The notes beneath the pieces were generated by a model, which saw only the letters and a program-made list of their open reading frames with translations, did not search any database and had not been told where the DNA came from. Below, one piece after another: positions 1 to 13,119 of a stretch of DNA of 64,000 nt. Positions within the stretch are counted from its first letter, which is position 1, and every line of letters begins with the position of its first letter. This stretch comes from Rhynchobatus australiae. Lineage: Eukaryota. Where the stretch lies: contig JAUZTB010000066.1 of the NCBI GenBank assembly GCA_034780895.1, positions 1,024,127-1,088,126 of the forward strand, written 5' to 3'. Both the position numbers and the translations under genes were made by a program.

Positions 1-50
1 TGCCATGACCAGCCTCTCGAAGCACTTCATGGTGGTGGATGTCAGAGTCA
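1..50 (-). mobile_element. Rex1/Babar-like LINE RT fragment truncated by the window edge
   Basis: Reverse complement resembles 36660-36710 (ctctgacatccaccaNcatgaagtgcttcgagaggctggtca). Confidence 0.6.
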
Positions 51-339
51 CATGGTTGTGCATACCCTGATGCTGTTATTACTGAGACTTACTGCTTCCA
101 CTTCTCCAGAACGTTCAAACATAATAAGAGGTAACTGCCATACCTCTCCCCGTTTTACCTCTGGCCCCTTGAAACTGGCTACTTTCCTACTCATCAATTA
201 CTGTATTGCCAAGTTGGAATTGTCTACAAACTCTGAAATTGTACTCATCAAACCCAGTCTAGATCATTTATATACCATTGCCAAAGGCTGCTTCTTCCAG
301 AATGTGAGAGCTGGTACTTTTTGTAGAGATCACATTGTC

Positions 340-1240
340 CTTGGAGAACACGATTCAAAATGGGGACATGGATCAAAGGATCTGGGAATACTTGTAAAAT
401 CAGTAATTGCAGCTTAATAAGGAAAGGTGTTAAACTTGCACAGAACCTTAGACCATACAGAATACTCGGCACAATTTTGACATCCTTAATGTAAAAGAAG
501 TTAAAAGTACTGGTGAAAGTTTAAAAAGTTTCACAAGGATGATACTGGAACAGACTGACTACACTTTGCCAGAAAGATTGAACAGGCTGGGCCGTTCTCC
601 TCTACAGAAGACCTGAGGTCTGCCTGCAGTATCACTTCCCTCCTCTTGGTCTTCCCAGACCATTGAAATTAAGGCCAATGTTCCACAAGCTGTTTGATTA
701 CTTCCTCATTTCAGTAATTTATGTGCGTGGACACCCAAATTCCTCTACTTTTCCACATTTACCAGTCTGCAGCCATTAAGAAAAATTTTGATTCATCTGT
801 TCTGGATCCACGAAGGATGAACTCCGTCTTTGGCATGTCAAACACTGTTGCACGATTTTCCCTATTCACTTGTCTCAGTCTCTTGGTAGCTTCCTCTCCC
901 AAAATGTGCCTCTTTACAGCGGTATCTGCAATTTTAGATATATATCTCTCTGTTCCTTCAACTGCCATTTATAAATACAGTAAAATCCCAAGGCTCCAGC
1001 ACAGATCCCTGGGGAGCACCATTCTGCCAGTCAGAGAACCTTCCTTGCTCCCCTATTCTCTGCCTCTTACAACCAGATCAATCACCGAATAAGCTCCCTT
1101 CAATTTCCACTGACAGATGACCAGTGCCAGTCAGGGATTTACCAAAACCACTCAGCTTCAGACTTCACAGCCTTTGTTCAAACATAGTCAAAAGAGCTGA
1201 CTTCCAGAGATGCAGTGGAGAGGAGTGTCTGCTCTTGGTA
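340..1240. mobile_element. Decayed CR1/L2-like LINE fragments (plus strand ~340-620, minus strand ~630-1240)
   Basis: The minus-strand frame gives 'YISKIADTA', a degenerate RT xADD motif. The plus-strand part resembles CR1 ORF2 C-terminal sequence seen elsewhere in the window. Confidence 0.55.
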
Positions 1241-1769
1241 TCAACNNNNNNNNNNNNNNNNNNNNNNNNNNNNNNNNNNNNNNNNNNNNNNNNNNNNNNN
1301 NNNNNNNNNNNNNNNNNNNNNNNNNNNNNNNNNNNNNNNNNNNNNNNNNNNNNNNNNNNNNNNNNNNNNNNNNNNNNNNNNNNNNNNNNNNNNNNNNNNN
1401 NNNNNNNNNNNNNNNNNNNNNNNNNNNNNNNNNNNNNNNNNNNNNNNNNNNNNNNNNNNNNNNNNNNNNNNNNNNNNNNNNNNNNNNNNNNNNNNNNNNN
1501 NNNNNNNNNNNNNNNNNNNNNNNNNNNNNNNNNNNNNNNNNNNNNNNNNNNNNNNNNNNNNNNNNNNNNNNNNNNNNNNNNNNNNNNNNNNNNNNNNNNN
1601 NNNNNNNNNNNNNNNNNNNNNNNNNNNNNNNNNNNNNNNNNNNNNNNNNNNNNNNNNNNNNNNNNNNNNNNNNNNNNNNNNNNNNNNNNNNNNNNNNNNN
1701 NNNNNNNNNNNNNNNNNNNNNNNNNNNNNNNNATTGTAAACACCTACTTAACTGGATCAGTCATATACT

Positions 1770-2310
1770 GTAGATATTGTGCTACAGGGGCAGGTCAGGG
1801 GTTAGGTATCCCGCAATGAATGACTCACCTCCCCATTCCCCAAACCCTTTTCTCCATTTACTGGGCAGAAAGCGAGTGTGATGGACCACTCTCCACTTGC
1901 CTGGATGAGTGCAGCGTCAACAGCTGTCATGAGGCTCACCACCATTCAGAATGAAGCACCCTGCTTAACTGACACACACTCCTCCACCTGAAACAAAAAT
2001 CAGTGCAGCCACTGTGCCTGCAGTGTGTACAATCCACAAGAGGACAAGAGGCACTGGAGCAACTCAGGAAAATTCCTTTGGCAGCCTCTCCCAAACCCAT
2101 GATCTTTACCACTCGGAAGCACAGGGTAGGTAGACACACCCTGACTTGCCAGCTCCCCTCTAACTTGGAAATACATGGTTTATCCTTCTTCATCAATGGA
2201 TTAGAATTCTGGAAGTCCCAGCCTAACAGCACTGCATCACACACACAGCTGTGGCCCAAGGCAGCTCACCGTTACCTTCTGCAGATTTCGGGGTGAGCAT
2301 CAAATGCTGG
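1770..2310 (+). mobile_element. Decayed LINE 3' region (CR1/L2 group)
   Basis: Degenerate 'VMDHSPLAWMSAA' coding motif at ~1875-1920, followed by a 3' UTR-like tail ending ...caaatgctggcct. Confidence 0.5.
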
Positions 2311-2349
2311 CCTGCTATTGATATCCTTTCTCATTTCTCTTAGATGACT

Positions 2350-2840
2350 CCTTGAAATCTCCACTGTGGTTGGCAAAGTTCTGGGATGACTGACGAGGCC
2401 AATGTGGAAAGCATTGACCCTTCCAGGAGATGCCTGACGAGGTTGGGGCGGGTAGTTTGTACGGTGCTCTATGTCTTCTGCCACTGCATGGCTTCTATTT
2501 GCTCTCGATGCAAAGACTTCAGATTCATTTAAATGGTCCTTCCCCATTCTGAGTCTCTAGGGGGTCAGGGGTCTCCAGGAGTTATTGGGATATGGCATTT
2601 TTTCCAAATTAGCTTTGAGCACATTCTTGAATCTTCTTTCCCTGTTTGCCTGGTAACCTTGTGACAGAGTTAGGAACAGTGCTTATATTTTGAGAGTTGA
2701 GAACGTAAATGACGTGGTCTATCCAATGGAGCTGACCGAGTAGAATTAGTGCCTCAGTGCCGGGGACGTTGGCCCGGGAGAGGCCACTGATGTTGGTTTG
2801 CTTATCCTTCTAATGAATTTGGAGAATTCTGCGGAGATTG
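2350..2840 (-). mobile_element. RTE-clade LINE fragment
   Basis: Reverse-complement similarity to the RTE fragment at 12670-13110 (LRRILQIH...QANVP...QLHW). Confidence 0.55.
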
Positions 2841-4919
2841 ACTTGAGTCGAGTTTATTGCCATGTGCACAAGTACAGTGAAAAACTTGCAGAACATCACA
2901 GGCATGTAGGTTCCTGTTGCGTTGGTGATATATTCCCAATGGCTTGTCCAGTACCCACAAACATGTAGGAGAGTAGGGATTAACATTGCCTGTTAGATCA
3001 CGAGTTCTGTGCCAGGCTTGAGGACTGAGGATTACTCCAAAGAACATAAGAAATCTCTAAAACATTTGCTAAATTGGATTTTTTGTGAATTTACAATGGG
3101 TAAGGTTTGAATGGGTGACAATAATGAGGGCAGCAGGCTTGTAGGAGTGAAGTAAATTGGATGAATGGTTCCTACCAGGTGAGAGGCCAGGATACAGTGT
3201 TGCCTTGAAGTTTCTCTAGCCACTAGGTTCCAGCACCAGGCAAAGGCAGCACAACATCACAGTCAAGTACAGGGAAATTCTCCAGCAGCCAAATGTTCAT
3301 TGCAAGCACAGCAGTGTAATGAAGCCCACATGTTGCAGATTCAGGCAATGTGGTGCTGTAACCACTTCAGAATACTGTCCAGATTAGATTTCGGACTATC
3401 TTGCAGGTGTTCCTGTTACACCTGCAACTAATTTCAAGGAGTCGCTGCTCAGCAGCAGTTTAAAGTCTTTTATGTTGGGGTCTGGCGGGTGGGGNNNNNN
3501 NNNNNNNNNNNNNNNNNNNNNNNNNNNNNNNNNNNNNNNNNNNNNNNNNNNNNNNNNNNNNNNNNNNNNNNNNNNNNNNNNNNNNNNNNNNNNNNNNNNN
3601 NNNNNNNNNNNNNNNNNNNNNNNNNNNNNNNNNNNNNNNNNNNNNNNNNNNNNNNNNNNNNNNNNNNNNNNNNNNNNNNNNNNNNNNNNNNNNNNNNNNN
3701 NNNNNNNNNNNNNNNNNNNNNNNNNNNNNNNNNNNNNNNNNNNNNNNNNNNNNNNNNNNNNNNNNNNNNNNACTGGAGGCTGAGAATGGGGCCATGTAAC
3801 AGGGCAGTCAACTCCACGCAACACTCTGTGTGTCTCTCACTGCCCTCTGCATGGGCTGCTTAATCCCACACTGTCAATAAACAACAGCTATGAAAGGCAA
3901 CCGATGGATATTAAAACCACCTAGCTGGAGTTAATCAGTGCCGATAGTGGCAAATGACAATTGGTGTAAGGGTTTAATTTGCCCTTCGCGCTAAGTTATG
4001 GCAGAAGTGCCTGTCCTAACAGCCACTGGAATTGTCCAACCCAGTCACAGACATACAATCCGATTTGATGAGCTGGGGCTGAAGCACTACTGACTGCCCC
4101 ACAACAGTAACTGCATTCTACTGGCTGTGCTGCATTTTGGAGCATTCTGAAAGAGACATGAGGATGTTATATAAATGCAAGTCTTTTTTTCTTTCACTGC
4201 TGTACTATTAGGTGAGATTACGAACTGAATTACCGCCATCTGCTTGATCCAATAATTCTTGATAGACCATCAGCATCCTAATTTCCTGTAAATATATTCA
4301 CTGTCCCATGTTGTTCTGTTTATAGGACAGTTGCCTACTTAACCACTTCAAAGGGCAAAAAGAACCAACCGCACTATATGGGGCTGGAATCATGTAGGTC
4401 AGACCAACTAAGGGCTCCTGGTTCCCATCTCTGAACACCCTGAGCAGGTTGCCTTTGTAAGTACAGTGGGATAGTAGTTCAATCACTGTATTGGTTTCCA
4501 GACACCTGAACTGTTGTTCTGGATACAGTAGTGCAAATCCCACTCTGGCAGCTACAGAATTTAAATTCAAGTAATTAAATAAATCTGGAATGAAAAAGCT
4601 AGCATCTTGTTTAATGTCCTTACCTGGTCAGGCCTATATGCAACTCCAGACCCCAGCAACGTGGTTGACTGTGAACTGCCCTCTGCAAGCACTCAGTTCA
4701 GGGTCAATGAGGAACAGGCAGTACAAGCTGGCTCAGCTAGTACTGTGTGCATCCTACAGAGAAATACTTGTGTGCAAAATGGATAACCACATTTCCTTAC
4801 ATAACATTTGTAAGTAACCCAGTGGTACTAGATTAATAACCCTAACAGTAAGACAATGGATGGGTGACTTCATTTTATGTAGACTGATTCCAAGGTTGGG
4901 TTTTCCCCAGTAAGGGAGC

Positions 4920-5320
4920 AGACTTAGCCTATGCTCTGTAAAGGTAAAATGAGAGCTAATCTTGTTGAAACCAAAAAGATTTTCTGGGGCTGGACAGGAT
5001 AGCTGCAGGGTTGATGCTTCCTTGTGCTGAAGGTCTAGAACCAAGGGTCTCAAAGTAAGGGGTGGGCCATTCTGGACAGAGATGAGAAGAAATTTCCTCA
5101 CCCAGGTAATGAATCTTTAGAACTCTTTACCCAAGAGAGTGGCAGTGGCTCAGTCACCGAGTATACTGTATTCAATAGATTGTTGAATATTAAGAAATCA
5201 AGAGATATGGGGTTAGCACTGGAAAGTGGTTCTGAAATAAAAATATCAGCCATGATCTTATTAAATAGCAGAGCAGGCACTTTGGGCTGAATGGCTTCAC
5301 CTTACTTCTGTTTCTTACAT
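4920..5320 (+). mobile_element. CR1-like LINE 3' end
   Basis: 'gagatgagaagaaatttcctcacccag...' (EMRRNF motif) and tail 'cagccatgatcttattaaatagcagagcaggc...gggctgaatggc'. Confidence 0.7.
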
Positions 5321-6030
5321 TATATTCTTAACAGAATCTCCTTCCTGGTGCTGGTGTTGCAGAACCACTCTGAGGCATGATGCCTCTTGGCCCTTGGTTG
5401 AGCTTCTTGCCCTGTTGTTTGCATGTTCCCTGACCTGTTACACTCCCAGAGTTGGATTAAATTCTTTTAAAATGCCTTAATCAGTTTAAAATTTGCTTAA
5501 ATCTGCCTGCTGTAATCTGAACCGAGTGAATTGTTACTCAATGTGCAGCACCAGGCTTTGATTCACTCACCATTGACATCCCCACTGGCTGCAATAGGAG
5601 GCTGCCCAGCGATATTCCTCTTCCAGCTCTGTGACTTTCTTGCCCAGAGAACAAGAACTTGATATAAAAGATTTAAAAGATCTCTGCCTTGGTTTCAGGA
5701 CTCTGCACGGTCTCACCCCCAGCTCTGTCACTTCACCCTCCACAACACTGTCAATCTCAGCCCGCTTGGTCTCTTGAGCTGGCTGAACCTAACTCTTCTC
5801 CCATTGACTGCCATGCCTTCTGTTTTTGAGGCTAAGTTCTGCATTTCTTGATTCCCTCCCTCCACCTCCTCTAAACCCATCAGTTGGCCCAAGCTTTTGG
5901 TGGCCTGCCCTAACATCTTCTGTGGTTCAATGTCAGATTTCTGGCAGGTCTGCTGGAATGTACCGCTATGTTAAAGATGACATCTAATACAAGTTGCTGC
6001 TTTTCAACTCCATTGTTCCCTGCAGCAACC

Positions 6031-6332
6031 ACTCCTGGAGACACAAGAGACTGCAGATGCTGAAATCTGCAGCAAAAAACAAACTGCTGGAGGAACTCAG
6101 TGGGTCAAGGCAGCATCTGTTGAGGCAAAGGGATAGTCAATGTTTTGTGTTGAGACCCTGCATCAGGACTGAGAGTAAAGAGGGGAGGTAACCGGTCACT
6201 TCTTTATACTGGCTATCTTCCCTCCACAGTCTCAGCTCTGATACAGGGTCTCCACCTGAAACACTGACCACACCTTTACCTCCACAGATGCTGCCTGACC
6301 CACTGAGCTCCCCCAGCAGTCTGATCTTTGCA
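6031..6332. mobile_element. Penelope-derived non-autonomous element made of two inverted terminal-repeat copies
   Basis: The left arm 'ctgctggaggaactcagtgggtcaaggcagcatctg...gagaccctgcatcagga' is the reverse complement of the right arm 'tctgatacagggtctc...cagatgctgcctgacccactgagctcccccagcag'. Confidence 0.7.
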
Positions 6333-7950
6333 ACCACTCCTGGAATTATCTTGTACCTCAGCACAGCTCTCAAATATCTTAATGTGCCTTGGTAATGATC
6401 ACAGCATCCACAACCTTTAAAGAGAAGAGCCCAGGTTTGAATGCCTTTTATGTGAATCAGTGATTCCTGATTTTATTCCCGATTAGCCTGGCCACAATTT
6501 TAGGATTGTGCCTCTTGGCCCAGGTTCTCCTATCAGAGGAAATTGTTTCCCTATTCTGCCTGTGAATGTGTATATTGTTTAAAGAATACTGTCAGATGAA
6601 AGTGGGCTCAGAATAACTCAACGTCCAGAGTGATTTTCCTTTGAAGAATGAAATAAGGACAATTGTTTTTCAAAGTCTCTCTGAAGCTGTTTTTCACAAA
6701 ACCCGTCCATACCTGATACAGGCTGGGACATAGCTACATAACAGGATTAAGCAATTCATCAAACCCCTTGCACTGCCACCTCCCAAATCTTGATGAACAG
6801 AAATTCATAAAGTTACAAAAAAACACACAAAGTTTTTTTAAGAAAAGGTAATTTATCTTGTGTCTGGAGGGCAGCATTTCTGGATCACATTGCTCTAGAC
6901 TTGATCATGCAGGCTCTGAGGGCATCAGGGGAACAAAACTGGAGGATTGAGCCAGTACCAACAAGGAAACTTTCTGCAACTACTCACACAAAAAGGCAGC
7001 TGTCTTGATGTGAATAAGAGCTTCAGATTTCATGAGATATCGAACAGCCTTCCTGCTCCTTTCCATGTAACCAAAAATTGCCAATATTTATCATTAGAGA
7101 CAAGATGTGAAGCCCAAAACCCTTAGTGCTTAGACTAACCCACCCGCGAAGGAACACAGAGAGTGAATAGGAGAGCATCAAACTCTTTGTGTTTCTGCCT
7201 CACACCCAACTGTGTGGTCTTGCATGATTACAGTGACTGGGTATGACAGGCTTTAGAAGTTTTAACCGACAATGCAGTAGAAGAGACTTAGAGACAGGCA
7301 ATTATTGTTCACCCCGNNNNNNNNNNNNNNNNNNNNNNNNNNNNNNNNNNNNNNNNNNNNNNNNNNNNNNNNNNNNNNNNNNNNNNNNNNNNNNNNNNNN
7401 NNNNNNNNNNNNNNNNCACCCCGCTCATGGTAGACTGATTTGCTTGGCCATTTTGACTGAGTAAGAAGTTGTGCAGAAGTCAGAGCAGTGGGAGTTTACA
7501 GGACGTTGGAGGACTGGTTTGGTCTTTATGATAATCCAGAAGCCTGTTCACAAAAGAGCAAACTTAGTGAATTCAGGTTTGAAAGCACTGTGGAATAGGA
7601 ACTCCTGAACTCTGGATTGAGTACTACATAACAACCTAAATTGTCAGTCTGTGGACAGAAACATGTAGAAACCAGACAACAGACCTGTTGATCTATTGTT
7701 GATGATGTTGGTTGAAGTGGGAATATTGGTCAGGTACTGTTTCTCTTTGAGGAGCACCAATGGCATCTTTAAAACCCAGCTGAACAAGCAGAAGATGCAG
7801 CTGGTTTGATGACCATGCAGCATCGGTATGTGATGAACTGAAGCTTCGGCTTCCCCTAATTGCTCAACTCCTTGATGACAAACTGATGAGGAACACTAGA
7901 CCGTAAAGGAGGAGGAAGGAGAGAGGGTGGAGGAGGGTTGTGTCAGTTAC

Positions 7951-8162
7951 CTGCTGTCCTGTTGTGTCTTCACTCCTGAATGCAATCGACTCCAGCTCAT
8001 TACCTCTGCTGGTTAGAGCCCTCAGACATGAGTCACGGGATTCAAACTTTTGTTCCAGGAAGTCAATGGCTTTCTTGGCTCTCTCCTGCACCAATTTGGC
8101 ATGGTTTGCACCGTGGTAGTCTGTGTCCTGGCCTTTTGCCAGACCATCCAACTCATTAATCA
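7951..8162 (-). CDS. SMG6: SMG6 coding exon (212 nt, phase 1-0), PIN domain
   Basis: tttcag|TGATTAAT to CAGCAG|gtaact. Translation (V)INELDGLAKGQDTDYHGANHAKLVQERAKKAIDFLEQKFESRDSCLRALTSRGNELESIAFRSEDTTGQQ. The split codon G+TG gives Val and joins the 28.5 kb exon. Confidence 0.96.
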
Positions 8163-9589
8163 CTGAAACATTAAACAGCACAGATAGTCTGTCAATTCTA
8201 CATCCAGTATTTGAAAAAGCAGGAAATTATCCAAAATTTCATTATATTAACACTTCCACTATGAGATTGCACAGGCACAGTGAAATCTTCCTAAAATATA
8301 TATATAAGCACCCAACACAAGTGAGTGCAGAAATGCAGTGTCCAGTGAAGTGATGGCTGTGCTTCATCACAGGACTACAGCAAGGTGCTGCCTAGGTACC
8401 AAAGCTCTTGCTCATCCTGTCTGCTTAGCCCATCGACTGAATTAATCATTGAAATGCCAAACCCACTGAGGATCAAAAAACCAACCTCCAGTGAATCCAT
8501 GTACGAAGGAGCAAAACACAACAGGCTGACAGGTGAGACACCATCAGAACCGACAATGGTCCCACCAGACAACAGCCCATTCACCTTCTTTCAGATGCTG
8601 AACTGACTGCTACTTCTCCTGATTTTTCTGCAAGTTTCTGAATCATTTTACTGTATCTCCTGGAATTAGTTAACGACACGAATGGATCATCAGGACACAG
8701 GCATTATATCTGGCATTAACAGCAAGTCAAGGATGACTGGGAGTTTGCCCACCCAGCCTGCAGTCAATCCCCACACCCCATCACACGTCTCGTTGTTTAT
8801 ATCATTCCCACATGGTGGTGGTGAAATCTGGAGTGAGACTGATGTCAAAGGAGGATAATGGGAATTCTTAGACAGCATTTGGCACCACATCAGGTGACAC
8901 CAATGAGGGATAGTGGGAGCATTGTCTCTTCCGTGGCTGTTCTTGGGAGTAATTGTGACCCAAAGTCATCATGCTCAACAGTCTGGGTGATGACTGATCA
9001 TTTCATGCAGGAATCCCTCTAAAACACCTCAACCAGAGACCCCAGGCATAGATACCCTGAACAGAGAAAACATCAACTCTCCGTCTACAGCCATAACTCC
9101 CCCCGATACCAGAAAAACTACAGATACACATCGCTGCGTGTCAATAAAACCTGTGCTCTAGACAAGGACTGATGCATGGTGCATCACCTCTACTACTTGT
9201 GCTAGGTCCTCCAACTGTGCTGTTACCGGAATTCTAGTGCAGTCTGCAGAAACAAAACCGGAACTTGTCAAAAGAGGAGCTTCTTGGCCTGCAAAGGTTT
9301 GCTTACAGGAATTCCCAGCCTTTCTCATCACACCGTTATTTCCACAATATTCCAGGAAAATTGCAACCAGTCAGGCATTTGTACTCATGCCTATCATCCT
9401 TGTCAGAAATCCAATGTATTCCTTCTGCCCCCCCGCCCCCAACACACACACAGACAAAACTGGTCCCCAAAAATATAATTATATTAAAAGACTGCAATTA
9501 GTCGGGCAGAAGCAGTTGGTGATGCTGTTACTGGCACTGATTTCTGTAGCACCCCACTTGTTACAGCTTGACAAGCTAAAATAACTCAT

Positions 9590-10090
9590 TTACCTTTAAT
9601 CTCCATTTTCAGTCCTTGATCTGCTGATATAATACTACGCCCTTATCTTTGCTGTCACCTTCTACCTGCATATCATTTGGTAATTAAATTACATAACATC
9701 AACTTATTTCCATTGTCTAGTTACATCCTCAAAGAATTTAATATATTCGGAAAACAATTTCACTTTCATAAAACCTTGTTGACTTTGCCTAATCATATTA
9801 GAATCTTTTAGGTGTCCAGTCATCACTCCTTAATAATAGATTCCAGCAGTTTTCCTCAAAACAGACTAACATGCCTGTGGTTTCTTGTTTTCTGTCTCCC
9901 TCCCTTCTTAAACACTGGTGCACCATTTGTGTTCTCCAATTTGCTGCAATTTTTCCAGAATATAGGGGAGTTTGGAAGTTTGCAAATGTATCTACTAACT
10001 TTGCAACCATCTCCTAAGAACCCTAGGATGCACACCATCTGATTCAGGGGACTTGTCAATTTTAGGTTCATTAATTTGTCCAACAAGATT
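9590..10090 (-). mobile_element. CR1-like LINE RT fragment
   Basis: The minus frames give 'APVFKKGGRQKTRNHRHVSL' and 'FQTPLYSGKIAANWR', which are typical of the CR1 RT N-terminus. Confidence 0.7.
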
Positions 10091-10242
10091 TCTATGATGA
10101 TAGCATTACTTTAAGTTCCTTGCTCTCTTTTGTTCACTTATTTCAATGATTTGGATGAGGGGATGAAACGCAACATGTCCAAGTTAGGTGATGACATAAA
10201 GCTAAGTCAGGGCATAGGATGATAAAGGCAGATTAAATGAAT

Positions 10243-10467
10243 GATAGATAGATAGATAGATTTCTTTATTAGTCACATGTACATCAAAACACACTGTGAA
10301 ATACAACTTTTGCGTAGTGTTCTGGGGACAGCCCACAAGTGTCGCCACACTTCCGGTGCCAACATAGCATCCCCACAGCTTCCTACCCATACGTCTTTGG
10401 AATGTGGGAGGAAACCGGAGCACCTGGAGGAAACCCACACAGACATGGGGAGAACGTACAAACTCCT
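10243..10467 (-). mobile_element. V-domain SINE (HE1-like), left copy of an inverted pair, with (GATA)n tail
   Basis: Reverse complement of the V-SINE core GTTCTCCCC..TGTCTG.GTGGGTTTCCTCC.GGTGCTCCGGTTTCCTCCCACA. The 5' end runs into an N gap. Confidence 0.75.
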
Positions 10468-10567
10468 NNNNNNNNNNNNNNNNNNNNNNNNNNNNNNNNN
10501 NNNNNNNNNNNNNNNNNNNNNNNNNNNNNNNNNNNNNNNNNNNNNNNNNNNNNNNNNNNNNNNNNNN

Positions 10568-10842
10568 GGTTAGCATAATGCTATTACAGCACCACCGCCC
10601 CAGGTTCAATTCCTGCTGCCATCTGTAAGGAGTTTGTATGTTCTCCCTGTGTCTGCGTGGGTTTCCTCTGGGTGCTCCAGCTTCCTCCCACATTCCAAAG
10701 ACATACAGCTTAGGAGCTGTGGGCATGCTGTGTTGGCACCGGAAGAGTGGCGACACTTGCAGGCTGCGCCCAGCACATTCTCAGAAACGCAAAAAGACTC
10801 ATTTCACTGTGTGTTTCAATGTACATGTGACTAATAAATTAT
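10568..10842 (+). mobile_element. tRNA-derived V-domain SINE, right copy of the inverted pair
   Basis: Pol III B-box-like GGTTCAATTCC at ~10603, V-domain core, and 3' end 'gtacatgtgactaataaa'. Confidence 0.78.
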
Positions 10843-10849
10843 CTTCTGA

Positions 10850-11215
10850 TTGACTTGACAGGGTAGGTTGAGAGTTGATGCTTCCTCTGCTGGGTGATGA
10901 ACCCACCAGGGTTCTAGATACCCCAGGGGGTTACAGAATAAGGAGCTTGCCATTCAATACAGAAATGAAAAGTAATTTCTTCACATAAAGGATGGCAAAC
11001 CTTTAGAATTCTCTACCCAAGTGGTGTGTGGAGGCTCAGTTTCTGAGTACATTCAAGAGTGCAATTGATAGATATTTAAATTCAAAGTGAATCAAGGAAT
11101 ACAAAATTGGTGCAGAAAAATGTCACTGAGGTAAAAGATCAGTTATGATATTACTGAAAAACAGAGCAGGCACATGGAGTTGAATGGCCTATTCTTGTTC
11201 CTATTATGCTTTGAT
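10850..11215 (+). mobile_element. CR1-like LINE 3' end
   Basis: Same family as 4920-5320 ('gaaatgaaaagtaatttcttcac', tail 'agagcaggc...gaatggcctattcttgttcctat'). Confidence 0.65.
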
Positions 11216-12669
11216 TTCCTATTATTTATGTAACAACACCCCCCCACCCCCATTTTTGAAAATGGGCACAAAGCATTAAATACTTTTTGTTATTCTCCAA
11301 TACTAATTTCCCATCTCAGCTTCTGAGGGACCAATCTGTCTCTGTTCCCATGCTGTATAACTCTGTGACTCTAATATAAATATATAAGTTCTTCCAGTTA
11401 GTTTTCTCAAAAACTTCTCACTAGTTTGCTCTCCTTTCATTTTCTTCCTCTGTCAACCTTTGCTGATCACTACAATTTTCCCAATCCTCAGGACCACCAC
11501 AAGCTTTTCCTCCCATCCAATTCTACACCTAAACTCCACAATGCCCATCAGATCTATTTGTACCATGTGTTCGCATACCTAGTCACAAATACTTTGTGGA
11601 TTCAGATAAAGAAACTTTAATTTTGCCTTTATACCATCAGTCCCTACTTTGACTCTTTGTTTCTGCACAGTTACTACACACTCACTGTGTCCATTCCCAC
11701 CACATTCTGGTAATTAGAACAACCCATATATTACCATGCTGTAGATCTTTTTGTTTTAACTTTCTGAATACCCCCTCAGTTGAATCCTCCCCTTCAACAG
11801 CTAATTTAAAGTCCTCTCAACACCATCAGTTAAGATTCACCAGGACCTTGGTTCCAACACTAAGGAAAGGTTTCCCAACAGATTGGCTCCCTCTTTCCCC
11901 ACTACGGGCTGTGCCCCTTCTCCCACACCGTTCTTTCAGCCACATATTCTATTCTCTACCTGCCTAACATCTGCATGCAACAATCGAGAGATTAATTACC
12001 CTTGTGGCTCAGCTCCTTAACCTAAACCTCAGCATCCTTCAGCAAATTCTCTTTTTAACCCGACTCATGTGGTTGATCCACAACAACTGGATCCTCCCCT
12101 TCACATTTCTCCATTCCATAGTAGGTAGCAATCCTGGGACCAGGCGAACAACAGTTTTTGCACTGCAAAAACTCATCGTCTATCCCTTAACTTTACTGTC
12201 CCCTACCACATCCTTCCACACTCCTCCCACTCACAAAGGTGCTGTGGTGAGCTTGCTCACCCTCCCTGTAGTACATGCTCTCAGCTATACAGGTTGATTC
12301 CCCACAATTTCTGCAATGGTTTTTGTGTCACTGCACAGGAGATTTAACACCTCTGCCACTTCCTTATTCCCCCTATGATTTCCCTTCATTTCTGTACAAA
12401 CCTCTGAAAGATTATACAATGTTTTGTGCCTTTGCTGGTTTACCCTTTAGTATTTTCTCTCTATCTATGAGTTGGTCATTATTTGCTGAATTCTAGAAGC
12501 CTCCCAATCTTCAGGCTAACTTCTTTCTTTGGGCAATATTATAAGCCTCTTTTAATTTAGACCTGCGTTTGTTAGCCACGATTGGACCACTTTTCCTGTA
12601 GGGATTGAATAATTGCTACTTTGGGAGAGTGTAGAGAGAACTTAACTCAGCATCTTCTAACTATACAAC

Positions 12670-13115
12670 TTATAGCAGGAGCAGAACTGCCAAGGCACTC
12701 TCTGCAAAATCCTTCAAGTTGATTGGCAGGACAGGTGGTCTAATGTCAACATCTCCTTCTAGGCCAACAGCCCCAGCATCGAGGCTCTGGTCACACTCAA
12801 CTAACTCCAATGGGCAGGCCACATCGTCCATATGTCCAGACTCTGAAAAAGGATACACTACCCCAAGCACTATCTTAACAGGAAGGCAGAAAACATTTCA
12901 AGGAGGCTTTCAAAGCCTCTTAAAACATGTAAATATCCTCACTACCTCATGAGAATTGCTGGTCCTCGATTGCTCAAACTGCTGGAGATCACCTGGGAAG
13001 TCCTGAGTGCTTCAAGGTCCAGTGGGATCATGAGGAGATCAAACAACAGAAGGAGCGTACAACATTCCCAACAGTCCACCCTCCCACTGCATCAAACTCC
13101 ACCTGTCCCATCACA
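12670..13115 (+). mobile_element. RTE-clade LINE ORF C-terminal fragment
   Basis: Translates as degenerate 'LCKILQVDWQDRWSNVNISF*ANSPSIEALVTLN*LQWAGHIVHMS', the RTE-type LRWAGHV motif. Confidence 0.7.
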
Positions 13116-13119
13116 TAGA

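Noticed and set aside
1-7950. Expected next SMG6 exon (GNNDDLILSCC...)
   Set aside because: I could not find it by eye. It is probably beyond the window edge or in an N gap, so it is not annotated.
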